Assembly: GCF_006345805.1 (NCBI RefSeq)
Contig: NW_021835141.1
Coordinates: 34,750-98,749, forward strand
Length of the DNA: 64,000 nt
Source: Octopus sinensis
Taxonomy: Eukaryota
Reading direction: 5' to 3'
Of this stretch, positions 23,740 to 51,969 are shown piece by piece. Within the stretch, counting starts at the first letter, position 1. Each line of letters begins with the position of its first letter. The notes under the pieces were generated by a model, which saw only the letters and a program-made list of their open reading frames with translations, was not told the origin of the DNA and searched no databases. The translations under genes were made by a program, and so were the position numbers.

Positions 23740-26280
23740 ATACATACATATATACATACATACATATATACATACATACATATATACATACATACACACT
23801 TACATACACACATATATACATACATGCATACATACACACACACACATACATACATACATGCATATATACATACAAACATATATACATACATACATGCATG
23901 CATACATGCATACATACATACATACATACATACATACATACATACATACATACATGCACACATACATACAGGCATACACACATACATACACAGATACTTA
24001 CATATATACCTACATACATACATACCCCAATACATACATACATGCATACATACACACTCACGAACGTACATACGTATATACATACATACATACATACCCC
24101 CATACATTCATATATACATACACTCATACATCCACATAATATACACACATACTTACATACACATACATACATAATATACCCCCATAAATACATACACACA
24201 CACATATATACATACATACATACATACATACACACATACATACATAACAACATACATACATACATACATACACACACCATACTACATACAAACATACATA
24301 CAGCATACATACACACATACTTACATATATATATATACAGACAGTCCCCATACATACATACATAATGCATTCATATACACTCACATACATACATATTTAT
24401 ACATACATACATACACCCATACATACATATATAGATACATACACACATACATCGATACCTACATACTTCACACATACATACATACATACATACATACCCC
24501 CATACATATATACATACATACACACAGATATATACATACATACACACATACATACACACATACATACAAACATACATACATCTACACACATACATACATA
24601 CACACATACTTACTATATCAATACATACATACATACCCCCATACATACATATATACATACATAGACTCTTACATACACCACATACTTACATAAACACATA
24701 CATACCACATGCTTCCTATATACATACATACATACATATACACATACATACAACCACCATACACACACACATATGTACATACATACACACATACATACAT
24801 ACAAACATACATACATAACACACCACATACATACATACATACATACATACTTTCATACATACATACATACATGCATGCATATATGTATACTTACATGTAT
24901 GTATGCACACATGTATGCACGCATGTAGGTATGAATGTAAGCATGTATATATCGATAGACATATATACACATACATACATATATACATACATACTTACAT
25001 CCATATATACATACATACTTACATCCATATATCATACACACAACCTACATTCATACTTGGTGGCTGCCCCCTCATTATCGAGCATGGCCATTGCTCGGTG
25101 CTTAATCAATGTTGTTATCGTGCAATGCCTGTGCATGAAGATTTTTTTAAAGCGAGGAAAGGCTGTGCACTGAGTCAATCCCAGTCACTAATCAACAGCA
25201 GCCATAATCCGAAAAAGAAGATAATAGTCAACATCATCGGTAACCCACTGAGCCGCAGTTTTATGTCGGAGTTATCCCAGTTACCTGAGTTATCCTCTCC
25301 TAGAAGGATGCCCTAACAAAGGCTAGAAGTCCTTCACTCCCTGGGTTTAACCGCACGATCGGTATTCAGTCCGATTATTTCTATGTCCCCGCGCATGATA
25401 CAGCCTTAACACATTTATTGGATGGCCGTTGACTCTCAAGATTTCCTCCGCTCTTTGACGGGTTTTGTTTTTCATCCCGCAGGGTTTCCAGTAAACACCC
25501 TCTTCACCAAGCAAGCTTGGTTGCGTTGCCGGTTTAGTCGCCGACGACCCGACAATGCAACAGGTTGTACTGGGTTACATGTTACCAGTAGCACTCGAAA
25601 GAGACCTGACATACATACATACATACATACATACATACATACATACATACATGCATACATACATACATGCATACATACATACATGCATACATACATACAT
25701 ACATACATACAAACATACATACATGCATACATACATACATACATGCATACATACATGCATACATTCATGCATGCATACATGCATACATACATGCATACAT
25801 ACATACATACTTACTTACATACATGCATACATACATACATGCATACATACATACATACATACATACATACAAACATACATACATGCATACATACATGCAT
25901 ACATTCATGCATGCATACATGCATACATACATGCATACATACATACATACATACTTACATGCATACATACATACATACTTACTTACATACATACATACAT
26001 ACTTGCATACATACATGCATACATCATACATACATGCATACACATACATACATACTTACATGCATACATACATACAATACTTACTTACATACATACATAC
26101 ATACATACTTGCATACATACATGCATACACATGCATACATACATATATACATACATACATGCATACAACATCATACATACATACATGCATACATGCATAC
26201 ATACATACATGCATACATACATACATACATACATACATACATACATACATGCATACATACATACATACATACATGCATAC
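23740..26280. repeat. Compound (CATA)n/(CATG) microsatellite field
   Basis: Direct inspection. Confidence 0.95.
25060..25610. repeat. Unclassified ~550-bp interspersed repeat inside (CATA)n
   Basis: GC-richer island with sharp microsatellite borders; resembles a LINE 5' UTR or non-autonomous element. Confidence 0.35.
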
Positions 26281-26617
26281 AAAAATATCCTGTTCATGTT
26301 GTTGAAATTCCAATGAAAGATACTTGGAACTAAGTTAGAAGCCGTCTCTCTTTCTGTTGGCCAGAAATATTCTATTAAAACCGAATAATGACATTCATAC
26401 ATATTTTTAGCTAGTCATTATCACTAGCTTTGAATATGTTTCTTCTTGTTTTATAAATCATAGCAAAACATACAGGTACAGTGTCTCCCATTTGAAACTC
26501 AATTCGCAAGTGCACCTCCCGTATGTACTGCATATGTACGGCGGAATTCCATAGTTATGATAAAATTTTCTTTGATGAAGCATATTAGACCCCTCAGATA
26601 TAGTTTGACCTAATTTA

Positions 26618-26669
<52 letters not shown>

Positions 26670-26688
26670 ATGTGTGCGTGTGTTTGTG

Positions 26689-26729
<41 letters not shown>

Positions 26730-27969
26730 TTGTGTGTGTGTAATACTCTCGGTTTGGCCCTCGAAATAAGGTTAATTCGAAATAAACTACAAAATAAATC
26801 TTACAGCCATGTCAGATTTCAACAAAGTCCCATAATTCTTCCTATTGTAATGGCGGGTTGCATATGCAGCTGCGCATGCTCTGTACAGCTTAAACACTTG
26901 GCGGTCGTTTTAACTCTCTAATTATGCCGCTGAATCAAAAGATGAATTTGAAGATCTACCAGCGTCCGTATTCTCTGCAATTGTTTACGATTTACAACCA
27001 GGAAAATATTTGTATTCTAGAGAAACGAATGCAGATTTACACATCAGACTAATAATAGTGGGATAGTAAACATTAATAATCTTTAATCTTTATTGCAGCT
27101 TGATGTTGTTTAACCGAACCCTTCGTTTATCTAACAAATATTCGACATCGACACTCCAACATACTGTCATGAATCCTATTGGATATAACGTGACGGTCAC
27201 AACATCTCAGCCTTCTTACACACAGCATCCGTGCTTGCCCTGACTATATTTGCTCTCTTTACACTCACTTTTATGGGTGTTGTATTCGTTTCGCATGAAA
27301 TGTATTCAGCTTCTAGGATCCATCCTTTCTTCGAGTCTGGTATGTTTACGTAGATGAGTGAAAGAAATCGTCGTATTTGATGATCTCTGTCGCTGAAATG
27401 AGGCAATTTTTCTGGTTGATTTCATTTCTTATTCTTGTATATCAGCGTTTAGTGTATGACGTGTATGTTGTGTGCATCGAGTTTCGTTTTGTATCTTATT
27501 TTGAAGAGAGGTGGGAATTTTGTGATATAGATTTAGGTTGGCAGGACCAATACTCATTTAGACAGTCTTTTGAGGGATTGATCGTGTAAATTCCACATTC
27601 TCAGAAAGGTTAAATTGAACATTTTGTGATATTTCTAAAGTTGACGATAAATAGGTTTTATAAGATATGGGGTAGGAATGGATCGGAAAGCTTTCCTGAT
27701 TAATAACGGAAAATAGAATGGATTGTGTGGAAGTATCTGGTTGTTGTTGAAAGAATCATTTAAGTTCTGTGCTAAGTAATGTAGCGGTTCATGGCTCCTT
27801 GTCAGAATCCGAGTTGTAATTTGAACCCAAGCTGTCGGAGATAGTAGCGTCGAGTATTAGACTTTCTAAGGCTGTGCATGAAAAGCTGATATAATTCTAT
27901 GGTGGTACTTTATTTGGGGTTTGTTGAATCATGAGACAGAAGACAAAATACCGTTAAACAAAATAACAT

Positions 27970-27975
27970 TTTATT
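27970..27975 (-). terminator. Probable poly(A) signal of G3
   Basis: AATAAA in homologous context gttgaaataaaat. Confidence 0.55.
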
Positions 27976-28243
27976 TCAACGATAAGTTTGATAAACTGAA
28001 ATCTTACAAAATGTTTTCTAGAATCATTTCGACAGATTTAGATTTTTCTTGTTTTTGAGGATATTTCTGGCATTCTACGTCGCCTCTTTTGTATTGTTTG
28101 AATATCTTCTGTAAACTAGTACAACAGTTTATTGTAACGATAGACATACTTTAAAGAAAATATTAGGTAACACAATTAATACTTTATGTTATTTATTGTA
28201 ATTCACAGACATATTTTCATATGGAACCGAATTTAATTTCTAT

Positions 28244-40361
<12,118 letters not shown>

Positions 40362-40791
40362 TCTGGTGACAGTTGTCGGTCGTAAGTGATACTTCGTGTG
40401 GCTTCAACAAAAGATCGAGATGCGAGGTTTAAGCTGGAGACCTGTAACTGAATTCCACGTATTTATTGAGCGCACAACAACCCAGCTCTGGCATAGATCT
40501 TATCGTAAATTTATGAACCAATGCGATTGGTGGAACTGTAAAAGTGGGCGTGAACTTGTCTGACAGGTTTAATTATTGGAAAGAGATGGTTTGATATTGT
40601 CACACAATAATTAGCAAAATATTTTGGATGAATGAGAGACACGTGTAAAGTGAAATGATTCCTGTTTCTGGATATTATGATATATTTATTTACTAATGTT
40701 GTTATTTAATTTTATTTGTTATTCTTGGGAAACTGTTTTAATATTCAGTGTGGGAAGTATTTCGTTCAACAGACGAATACACAGACACAAA

Positions 40792-40830
<39 letters not shown>

Positions 40831-41213
40831 ACTGATACACACACACACAGACACACATACACACGCACACACTGACATACATACACACACACAAATACAC
40901 ACACACTGACTTACACACACACACACTGACACACACACACACACATACTGACATACACTGACACACACACTGTCACACACACACACACTGACATACACAC
41001 ACACACACACAAACTGACATAAACACACACAAAAGCACACAGTGACACACACACTGACACACACTGGCACACACACAGTGACACACACACACATTGTCAC
41101 ACACACACACACACACTGACACGCACACACACAAACACGCACGCACTGGCTCACACACACTGACACACACACACACACACACTGACACACTGACACACTG
41201 ACACACACAAACA

Positions 41214-41259
<46 letters not shown>

Positions 41260-42651
41260 CAAATATGCGGGGAAAATGCGGGCACTCACGAGCGACCGCA
41301 GTTACTGTTGGGGCACAAGGTTGAAGTCAACTCCTCTAGCGAAGAATTTATCAAAGAGAAATACCGAATGGAGGTAACTCACGACAGACTCCAGCCTGAC
41401 GCTCTAATGGCGTCACTTACTCGTTGTTGTTGACTATGTTTAAGTTAAAGCTATGGCTTTAAGTTTGTCCAGATATTCCCCACTTCGGTATTTTCTTTTG
41501 ATAACGGCTGAACTGGAACCCGATAGGGAGCAGCACTGGACTGACATGCTGTTTTTGTAGCTTTTTGCACAGAATTTGCGTTTAGAGTTTGAAATATGCC
41601 ATTATCACATTTTAACGAACCTAAAAATTGCTTATGCCTAATACTGAGCGCTAATACTGTTCACTGGAAACGCCATGTTGAATGTTTCCATATATTCATT
41701 TGTCAATTTGCATTTCGTGCTTTCATATTACTTAATTATTATTCTTTTTCTCTAGCTTTTTCACAATCGAGCATTCTTATGGCACGCAATTAATCGGACA
41801 AAAAACGTGCTGCCACCCACAGATCCCTCTTTCCACGGATACCTTCGTTTATCTGGCAGCCATCCTACAAACTCCCACATACAAGGAGCAATCATGCTGG
41901 GTGGAGTGTGAAAGACTCAACATGTTGCACTGATTCCACCTAATGTATATTTTATAAGTGGTGTTCCTTTCCTTACTAAGTCGTTTATGTGTGTTACAGT
42001 TATTGTATGCATGTATCTCGAAGCAAGTTCCTCTTCTGCGAGTTTGATAGTTTTATGTTACAGACGGAGATAATTTGTTGAACTCGATGTTTTGTGGTGT
42101 TGCTGTAGATTCGGTTGATGCTGTTCCTGAAGTCTACTCATATTTCTTGCTGGTTTCATATTTTATTTTGGCACATCAGTGTTCAGGGAACGATGAGAGG
42201 CTGCGTGTGTAATGTGAGGCGAGGTTGTGTGTGTGATTTTTGTAGAAAAGCGGGAATATGTGAATGTAGGTTGAAAATAGTTCATCGTGGGACGTGTACT
42301 TGTACCCTTTTCGAAAGTGTTTCGTGAAAACTTCAATGTGTTAGTAACCTGATAAGTAGTTTGGTAGTCAACATTTTGTGGTATTTCTTCAGTGGATATC
42401 AAATATCCTTTATTAGGTAATATCCGCGATTGGATTGCAGAGCTTTCATCGCATCGATTGTAGTTACAATGATACGTATGGGAGTATTTCTTTTATTAAA
42501 CCATCATGATTAAGTGATGTTAGTCATAAGCTTTTATCGTGTTTTCTGAAGATTGATCATGAAAGGGTGATATATTTGTACGGAGGTGTTTCATTTGGGG
42601 ATTGTTTTCATTTTAAGACGGAATACAACACACATTTAAACGAATCATCAT

Positions 42652-42657
42652 TTTATT
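42652..42657 (-). terminator. Probable poly(A) signal of G4
   Basis: AATAAA in homologous context. Confidence 0.55.
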
Positions 42658-42941
42658 TCAACTTTTAAATTTGATAAACTGAACCTCATACAATGTATTC
42701 TAGAATAATTCCCTGAGGATTACATCGTTCTGTTAAGCTCTTTGTCACATTCTATGACGTCTCTGTTGTTTCGTTTTGAATATTTTCTGAAAACTTGTAG
42801 CCGCAGTTTTTTTAACGACATATATTACTTGGATAAAATACTGCGAAACACAATTACAAGAAACGTATATGTTGCTTTATTATATTATATTTTATGATTC
42901 GCCGACATAAATTTTCATATAAACACGAATGTAAATTCGAT

Positions 42942-43440
42942 TCAGTATTTACTGCACACAACGCAGGTTAATTCTCGACCATTGACATACGGTGGACATG
43001 GCAATGAACCACAAGCAGCCTGAACGAAATACAGTAGAGCTCCATTTTCGTCTCTGTAACCTGCTGGATCAGCTTCTGGTGCATAGTCCACACACACATA
43101 TTCATGTCTGCCCTGATGACTATGACGCTCGCTCATCAAATATCCCGAATACTCAGCTGTCCAACCAGTGTAACACTCATTCCTGGCTGGTAACATCATA
43201 ACAACAGCAGGTTTTCGTGTCAAACAGATAGCACACGGAACGTTGTGATCATGAATTGATTCGGCGTTAGCAAAAGAAAGAGTTTTATTAGTTGGGTATA
43301 AATCTAACTGATATTCACTGCCATAAATCCAACCACCACTTCACCTACTGCAGTATAATTGGCCCAAATGGGATCGTTGGGTAGACACAAGAGATTACTT
43401 CCGCCACCAAAGTGGGCAAAGAATTGCCCACCAACCACAC
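42942..43440 (-). CDS. G4 exon 4: C4-like domain
   Basis: GVVGGQFFAHFGGGSNLLCLP...ACGSLPCPPYVNGRELTCVVCSKY-TGA. Confidence 0.85.
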
Positions 43441-43657
43441 CTAGAATTGGTAAGAATAAATCATATAAAAAATATATTAAGCAAAGTTATATATGAAATA
43501 ACGGAAACATTCATTACAATTTGACCCTTAAAATGAGTCGTGTTTAGTCACGTGTGAACGAATTGTGGTGTATATATATTAGTGTTTATCTTAGTGTAAG
43601 CTGTGTGTGGCTAAATGCTTCAGATCGTAGCTGTACATTAACCATCTCATCATATGT

Positions 43658-43703
<46 letters not shown>

Positions 43704-43716
43704 TATTATATATATA

Positions 43717-43870
<154 letters not shown>

Positions 43871-45260
43871 TGTATATATATATATTTAAATATATATGTT
43901 GTGTGTATACGGGCAAGTATTTGTGGATACGTCTCGGATTATTTTGTACGTTTGCATGGGGTAGGTGTTTTTCGGTGGATGTCAATAGATGGAGAAAAAG
44001 AAAGATATTTTATAACGCATGCACTCGTGTTTATCGAAAATTGAAACGATATTAGCGTGTGAACGGGGATATTTTGGGCTGTGGATATTGTAGGAGGTTT
44101 GAGTAGGACAATACGGGAGACGACGAGATGCAGAGACGTGGTGGGTAACCGTCGATGAAATGTTGTTTAGTCGATCATACGAGAGTCAGTGGCTAAACCT
44201 CTCGTTTAGACTCGGACGAATCAGGCTTACAAAGACGTTATGATCACACAGACTTTATTTCATGCAATACACAGAAACGAGGTGGGTGGAAAAATTGTGA
44301 GGTTCAGGGATGGCGTTGTGCTTAAGATGAATGGACGGTGACGTGGGCGACCGATAAACGATACGTGTAGGGTTTATAGAGAGAAGATTCGGAGCACTTT
44401 TAGGGATTGTGAGGTTGATTGGGGACGCAGTTTGTAGCAGCAGTTTTGAATTGGAAGTTTCGGAATTACCTTACAAAGATATACTGGATAATTAATGAGG
44501 TGATGTGGTGCATGAAAAGAGCAAGGTTTTAGCGATAGGACGATTTCGGTGAGGCAGAGAAGAATAGAAGTGCATTCTGTACTCTGTTGTGTTCTCTCAC
44601 TAAAATTTAGTCTCTCTCTATTTTACTTAATGAATAAAGTCCTTAGCTTTTTCCATTAGTGACTGTATGTGGTTTGTCCAGCCCTCATTCTACATTGTGC
44701 TTTCATTCCATTAACCATTTACAGTCACTGTCATCAATTCTAAGAGACTCTTTTCAATTTAGTCCACACCTACGATCATTGGGCACTCTAGTTATAGATA
44801 GTCAAGTGGCCACTTTTCAGCTCTGGTCACTCACGTACAATACCACCATCCGTAGCCTGTACACTTGATCACCAGTTAGCAGCCTCGGTATTTGATATCT
44901 ACAATCCAAAGCTGGTCAGCCTGAAATCTTGATCGCCATGGTGGTTTTCAGTCCAGCCCCTGTCTGTAATTTAGCGTAGAGATATCTATATTCTGTGGTT
45001 AGACAACAACCTTTTCACTTGGTCCGTAGTAGACAACATTTAAAATTCTGATTTGAACAATTACCTACAAAGTAGTGAGTAGATTCATGCAGTCACTATA
45101 GGGTCTATATGTATCGTTGCAAACGTGATATATCAAATGATTTGCTTGAGTGTGTGTGCGTGAGAGAGAGGAACGACAGAAAGAGAAAATGAAGGAATAA
45201 AAAGAGAAGAAAAGTAAGATAAAGAGAGAAAGAGAGAACAGAAGTGTAGTTTATACTAAC

Positions 45261-45335
45261 CGTCATATACAAGGCTTGAATTAGTATGACAAGTAGTTCT
45301 GCCCCACCGGGTATACAATGATCCGAGACCGGGTT
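45261..45335 (-). CDS. G4 exon 3
   Basis: KPGLGSLYTRWGRTTCHTNSSLVYDG with AG/GT. Confidence 0.9.
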
Positions 45336-45739
45336 CTGTGAAATTAAAATGAAATAATGTAGTTTAAACGAAAGAATTCTTGAATCCTATACAAAGGAAG
45401 TTGTTGGCTTGGAAGGAATTGATAGAGAGGAGAGAAATTTAGAATTTAAGAGTGAAAGAATGAGTAAATGAATGAAAATCAGAATGAAAGAAGTAAATGA
45501 TTCGCTAAGAATAAATTTTAAACGAAGAAAATAAGTCAGTTGTCTATTGAGCCTGTTGTTGACGTTGATGTCAACGATTTGAGAGATTAATCTCAGAATA
45601 TCAGAATGTGTATTTGGCTCCCTTATGAACGGATGTTTGCTTTGTAGTTGAACTTGGATGTGAGTATATATATATATTTGTGACCATAATAATGATAAAG
45701 TTCTTGTTTTATAGGTATGTAGGCCATATTATCAATTCT

Positions 45740-47715
45740 TGCTACCTGATTGGTCAATTACAAATATCAGGTTGGTGTTTGGCGCGAATCAGGCCATCAT
45801 AGCTACAATAGGCAAAGGGCTCGAAGGAATAGCCATAACGCGTCATTCATCGAGAGGGATAACAGCATTTGCGTCCGGATCTTGGATGAAGGAGTCCATT
45901 TGGGAAATATTTTGCAGTCTCCACCCAACTCAATGTGGGATGCATGGGAAGGGAAAACAAAATATGTGTGTTCCATGTCCCCGAAGCCGGTCTAGAAGGG
46001 ATCATCCGTTCATAATTGAGAATTAGACTGTCAAAACCGGACGAGATAAAACGCTGCCTCTTATATATAATCAGTCTCCTCAAGAAAGCTTCATTGCTTC
46101 GGAGGCATACACTTGGAAGTAGGTTGGAAACTCCACCGTGCAGGTGTGGTGCCAACTATGTCCGCACAGGCGGAAGTGGGATGCTCACAATCCCTGGCTT
46201 TCGGATTGGATTATGAAGTGAATCCCACTAGGTATTAAGGGATACCTCCTGAAGCTCAAGCAGAATGAAGGAGTGGTGTAGCTGCTGGAAATAAATGCAC
46301 CCAATAGCGAGTTCAAATACAAATGCTTCCTTAACAAAGTCACTGCAGCTTTGGATATATTTGGGGTAAAGTCATTTGTCTTACAAGGAGACTTCCGTGA
46401 ACATTTTGGCGCTGATAACCACAAGAGTATTGATTGGGTGGAATGGCGTCACACACCTTAATGTGGTGGCCATACTAGTCTTCTGGACTCTCAATGATAT
46501 AGATATCGTTTTAAGAAATGGTTGTTTATAAAGGTACTTGGAATAGAAATGCTTAGTGACAGAAATTCTTGATATATGTTGTTGTCGTCTCAGTCATCCT
46601 TGAGTCTGTGCTGGACGTTCGGGTAAAAGGAGTGGAGAGAGTTGTCAACTGACCACTACCAAGATGTCTGAAACCGGAAGTTGCCTACAGTTGGGAGAAC
46701 CTAGTAACTTGGTAAGTCCAGTGCGACCTTCAGAATAAAGTTGAAAGCAGTAGTGGATGATGGAATAAGAAACAAAATTGTGGATAATATTGCATCCAAA
46801 TTGAGAGAGACCCACATGAATAAACTTGGGCATCGAAATCGATTAGTGATTGTATTATTTTTTTCGAACTAAAGTCACTGAAAAGTGATAAAGCTGCTGG
46901 AGAGAAATACGTTCGTCTTGATAATTTAAAACCCTTAAATACTCAGGGTATTCTCTGAGTGACCCATGTATGCTAGGTGGAATGGGGCATCAGGGAAAAC
47001 ACGAGGGCAATGTCAATCCGGGGTAATAATCACAGATTTTTTTAAGACAAAGTCTACACTACACGTCTAGAAATGTTACGTAGGGAAAAGGTCGCGCCCA
47101 AGATTACTGTCCTGGATAGGGTACACCCGACCAGATATTCGTTGAAAGGCAGATCTTCGAGAAAACGTTGAAATATATCCAAGGGGAATACGCTGTAGAC
47201 CACGTGCCGTGGGGCATGTTGCGGATGGTTTACCAGGAAGGTGAGATTATTGGGCAAATACTTTTTACCGTAAAATACTCGTACGGATGTCCAAATGTTT
47301 GTATTTGTGCAAAAGCCGAATGTTTTCAACATGGAGTTTGGACTTCAATAGAAGAACGCATTGTTAGTGCTTCTTCTCGCATTTCTTATGATCTGGTTGA
47401 GCAAGGCTCAGCCATTTTAGAAGAAGTATCTCATTTCGTCTGTATGGGGTTGGTCGACTGCTATTTGCAGACGACATGCAGCTATCTGACTCAAGTCATG
47501 ATCACTTACGACATGTATTGAATAATTGGCTGCCGAGTGCTCCAAGGCAGTGATGAACACACACTCTGCAGGAAAGTGGAACTTCGTTACTTCGGGAATC
47601 TATTCACGAGTGATTGGAAGCACAAGACTGAGCAAATTGCTAAATCTAGATATAAACGCTACGTCGGGCATTCGATTCTCAGACGATAATAGTTGGTACA
47701 CTTATCGACATAGCG
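45740..47715 (+). mobile_element. Degenerate RTE-clade LINE
   Basis: Paralog of 11500-13495. Confidence 0.65.
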
Positions 47716-48041
47716 CTGCACACACACACATACACACTCATATACACACAATTAATGTCATAGTATAACAGAGTAAAATTTTATTAAAGAAATTATTGTA
47801 AAGAAAAATGTATTTTAAAAGAAATTTAGACTAGTGTCTTAGTATATATTACTGAAGAAATATGGATAATAATGTAGAGACAATTCAACTTTGGTGAAAT
47901 TATAAATCGTTAAAGAGACACGGGTGAATGACTTTAGCTAAACACTGTAGAACTGGAAGCTGGATACTTTATAATATTTAATCTCATTCCTGAACATTTC
48001 TTCAAAGTTATTGTCTTATACAATATAAAATTAGTTCTTAC

Positions 48042-48093
48042 TTGGGGGGTCATCAGATTTATCGTCGCAAGATTTCTTGGAGATGACACGGTT
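48042..48093 (-). CDS. G4 exon 2b (Cys variant)
   Basis: NRVISKKSCDDKSDDPP with AG/GT. Confidence 0.7.
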
Positions 48094-48901
48094 CTGTGGA
48101 AAAAGAGAGAGTATTTATTATCGTTTAGAACTGAAAAAAATGCAATATATGACAACATTTTCGGACAGCATTTTATGAAGGTGTGGGTGACGTCGACATT
48201 GTCCATTCCACCAAATCTATTATATCGTGGTACATCTTGGAGGTTTGCTGGAACTGCATGCCTTTCTGTGAATCTGGTATTTCATTATTTCATGCTTGTA
48301 TATGGCAAAGCATACACATTACATAAACAGCTAATATCCCTGTTCATTGTCAAGAGTAGACTAATTTTGCTATCTAAAATCGCTGGTAGTTTGAAGATTA
48401 CTAGAAACGTAGACTTGCGCATTCTGCTGACGTACAAGAATGCCCGACGCCAACCTTTTATGTACGGCGTCCTAATCCACTGTAGGACTTTTCTACTGCG
48501 TCCTTTGGAGAAACTGTCAAGGCAATATGATGCAATATTTAAAAGTAGTTTGAATTGATGCCAAAGCTCTATTGCCTTGATATTGTTTAGTATAGTTATC
48601 CATCATGATCACTAAAGAGTCAGGCATTTCTAGCACTGGTGAATAATATTCCGGATTGAAGCTCGAATGTCAATATATCATTTGAGGTTCAATGGAATAT
48701 CACAAAAGTTTGTAATAAAAATGTTTGGGAACATATATAGTAGGTTATAAATTGACTGCATACGAAAGGGATGAGAATTAGATATTTTGTACACGGGTGC
48801 TATATAACTGGTTATTCACTCCTTAAATATAGTGTGTATATGTAGATGTATATATGTAAGTGTATAAAAATTTATATATATATATATATGTGTGTGTGTT
48901 G

Positions 48902-48933
<32 letters not shown>

Positions 48934-49049
48934 GTTTATACATATATATAACATATGTTTGTGTGTATGTGTTTATATATATATATATGTATATATATAT
49001 ATGTATATATATATGTATACATATATACATATATATATATATGTATTTA

Positions 49050-49618
49050 TATTGGGTTGCCTTGAAAGCTCGTGCCGATTTTTAAAGGAAAATAAAGGGC
49101 CAATAAATACTTGCCATTATATTTTTAAACAACCAAATATGAACCATTTTGTAAAACTATGCTTCTCCATCTTTCCTTTAACTTGAAAATACCCTCTTTT
49201 CAGAGTTGAGGTGGTTTCATGGCAAAGAATTCATCGAGGTATCTTTTTACGTCATTCAAGGAATTAAAATTTTTACCATTAAGACTATTCTGCAGAGCCT
49301 GAATAAGTGGAAATCCGAAGGTGCAATATCTGGTGAATATGGAGGGATGGAGTAACACATACCAGCCGAGCTGCAGCAATTTTTGTCTTGCTCCCAAAGC
49401 ATCAAGTGCCGAAAATGAACTTTCTTATCCTGCATTTTAAAGTGTTACAAAATTAACACCGGTTATAGGAACATAAAACGTCTTACACGAAAAGATAGCT
49501 TAAACTGCGCTCTAAATGGAGGTGGAGTTAAATCTATTTTATGAACTCAACCATGTTCTAAAATAAGTCGAAATTAAAGCTACCATATATCAGCAATAAA
49601 TTTCTGGACAACCGAATA
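49050..49618 (-). mobile_element. Internally deleted mariner with both imperfect TIRs
   Basis: TA-TTGGGTTGCC ... GGACAACCGAA-TA; same transposase remnant. Confidence 0.85.
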
Positions 49619-49645
49619 GATTGACAGGTATTTCTATATCAATCA

Positions 49646-49730
<85 letters not shown>

Positions 49731-49874
49731 CCAATCTATCTATCTATCCATATCGCTATCCATCTATCTATCTATCTTTCTGTCTGTCTGTCTGATCTGT
49801 CTCTCTCTCTTTCTATCCGCAAATCTACCAATCCATACTCACACATACTTACACACAAGCACACATATACCTAA

Positions 49875-49935
49875 ATAAATACATGCATACAGACATACAT
49901 ATGTTAACACAAAATCCATGACTTACCGTTTTTGA
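49875..49935 (-). pseudogene. Orphan exon-1 donor remnant (second copy)
   Basis: Same junction as 15475, donor at 49927. Confidence 0.8.
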
Positions 49936-51555
49936 TGAGAGCACAATATTGACGGTCTCAGGACACCAAGGCAGATCAAGAAGGGAACCTTTAATAATTG
50001 AGAATTAAAACGTCAAATTGTTAGATATAATCTGCCTGTAAGATATAATCGGTGTCTCCTCTACAAAATTTCCTTTCTCCGATAGCGTACACATGGATAT
50101 AGGCTTTGAACTCCACTAAGCAACTCTAGTGCCAACAATGTCTGCACAGGTGGGATTAGGACACTCTCAATCCCCTGCTTTCCGATTGTATTATGGAGTG
50201 AAACCTACTAAGTGAGGGTTCACCTCTTGAAGCTAAAGCTGAATATGAAGGACCACTGTGGCTGTTGAAAGTATGTGCAGCAAACAGCTGGGTCAAATAC
50301 AAATCCTTCCTAAGCAAATTCACCTCATCTTTAGATATATTTGGGGTAAAGTCATTTGTCCCGCAAGGAGACTGCAGTGCACACCTTGGCACTGATAACC
50401 GTGAGAAGGATTGATTGGAAGTAATGTCGTCAGTGAACTTAATGGAGAGGTCATAGCAGCCTTCTGTGCAGGATACACACTTTCCACCACTCCATGTTAT
50501 AGATATTATTTTAAGACAGGGATATTTATAAGGGTGCCTAGTATAGAAATACTTGGTGACAGAGGTTTCTGATAGATTTCGGTCATCTTTCACTCTTTGC
50601 TGAACGTTCGGGTAAAAGGAAGGGGTGGAGTTGTCAACTCGTCACTAATTAAATGTCTGAAAACCTGAAAATTCCTACAGTCAGCCGAACACTGGAATTG
50701 GTAAGTCCAGTGCGACCTACAGAATACATTTGGAAGACGCAGTGGATGCTGGGATCAGAAACAAAAATGTGGAGATATTTGCATCCAAATTGAGAGTGAC
50801 TCGCCTGAATGAAGTTGGACATCGAAATGGATTCGTGAATGTATTATATTTTTCGGCAGGTTCTTCTTCGGTTGAACGCTTATTTGAGCTAAACTCACTT
50901 AAAAGTGATAAAGCTGCTGGTGAAAAGCACGTTCGGCTTGATATTTTAGAAACATTAAATACAGATGGTATTCTCTAAGTGACCCATGTATGGTAGGTGG
51001 ATGGGACCTCTGGAAAACACACCAAGGCAATGGTAATAAGAGGCGACAATCCCATTTTTTCTTCAAACAGAGACCAATGAGTGTGTTCTAATTATAGAAA
51101 AGTCTACACTAGATGTCAGGAAAAGATATGTAGGGAAATTGTCGTGCCCAAGATTACTGTCCGGGACGCAGTACATCCGACTAGAGGTTCGTTCAAAGAC
51201 AGATCTTCCAGCAAACGTTGAAGCATTTCCAAGAGGAATACACTGTAAACCACGAAAAGGCACACGATCACGTGCCCTGGGTCATGTTGTGGATGGTTTA
51301 CCAGGAAGGTGAGTTTAATGGGCAAATACTGGTTGCCATAAAGTACTTATATGGATGTTCAAATGTTGGTATTTATTTAAAAGTCGAAAGTTTTCAACGT
51401 GAAGGTTTTACTTAGTTGAAGTGCGCTGCGCATTGTTAGTGCCCCTTCTCACATTCTTTTTTGTGATCTGTTTGAATATGCTCAGCCATTGTGGTAGAGG
51501 TATCCCAATTCATTTCTGCCTGATCGGTCGACTGTTATTTGTAGACGACATGCTT
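49935..51555 (+). mobile_element. Degenerate RTE-clade LINE
   Basis: Paralog of 15484-17335. Confidence 0.7.
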
Positions 51556-51814
51556 CTTGGTACAATTCTAGACATAGTACTGCATATATACTCATATACA
51601 CACAATAAATAGCATTGTATATTAGAGTAACATTTTATTCAGGAACTTATTGTAAAGGAGAATATAGTTTGAAATAAATTCAGGCAAGTGTCTAAGTATA
51701 TACTATTGTGGACATGTGGATAGTAATGTGGAATTAATTCAAAGTTGGTGAAATTATAAATCATTGGTTAAGGAGACACGGATGAAAGACTGTAGCTATA
51801 AAATTAGTTCTTAC

Positions 51815-51866
51815 TTGGTGGGTCATCAGGTTTATCGTCGAATGATTTCTTGGAGATGAAACGGTT
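51815..51866 (-). CDS. G4 exon 2a
   Basis: NRFISKKSFDDKPDDPP with AG/GT. Confidence 0.75.
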
Positions 51867-51969
51867 CTGTGAAAAAATAGAAATAGCATCATATAAATAG
51901 AACTTCAGAGTATTTATTATCGTTTAGAACTTAAAACAATGCAATAGATGACAACATATTCGGACAGGT

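Noticed and set aside
23585-26402. Long His/Thr/Tyr/Ile- or Cys/Val/Met-rich ORFs (up to 303 aa)
   Set aside because: Translations of (CATA)n microsatellite that lacks stop codons; the same holds for YIYI/CVCV ORFs throughout the window.
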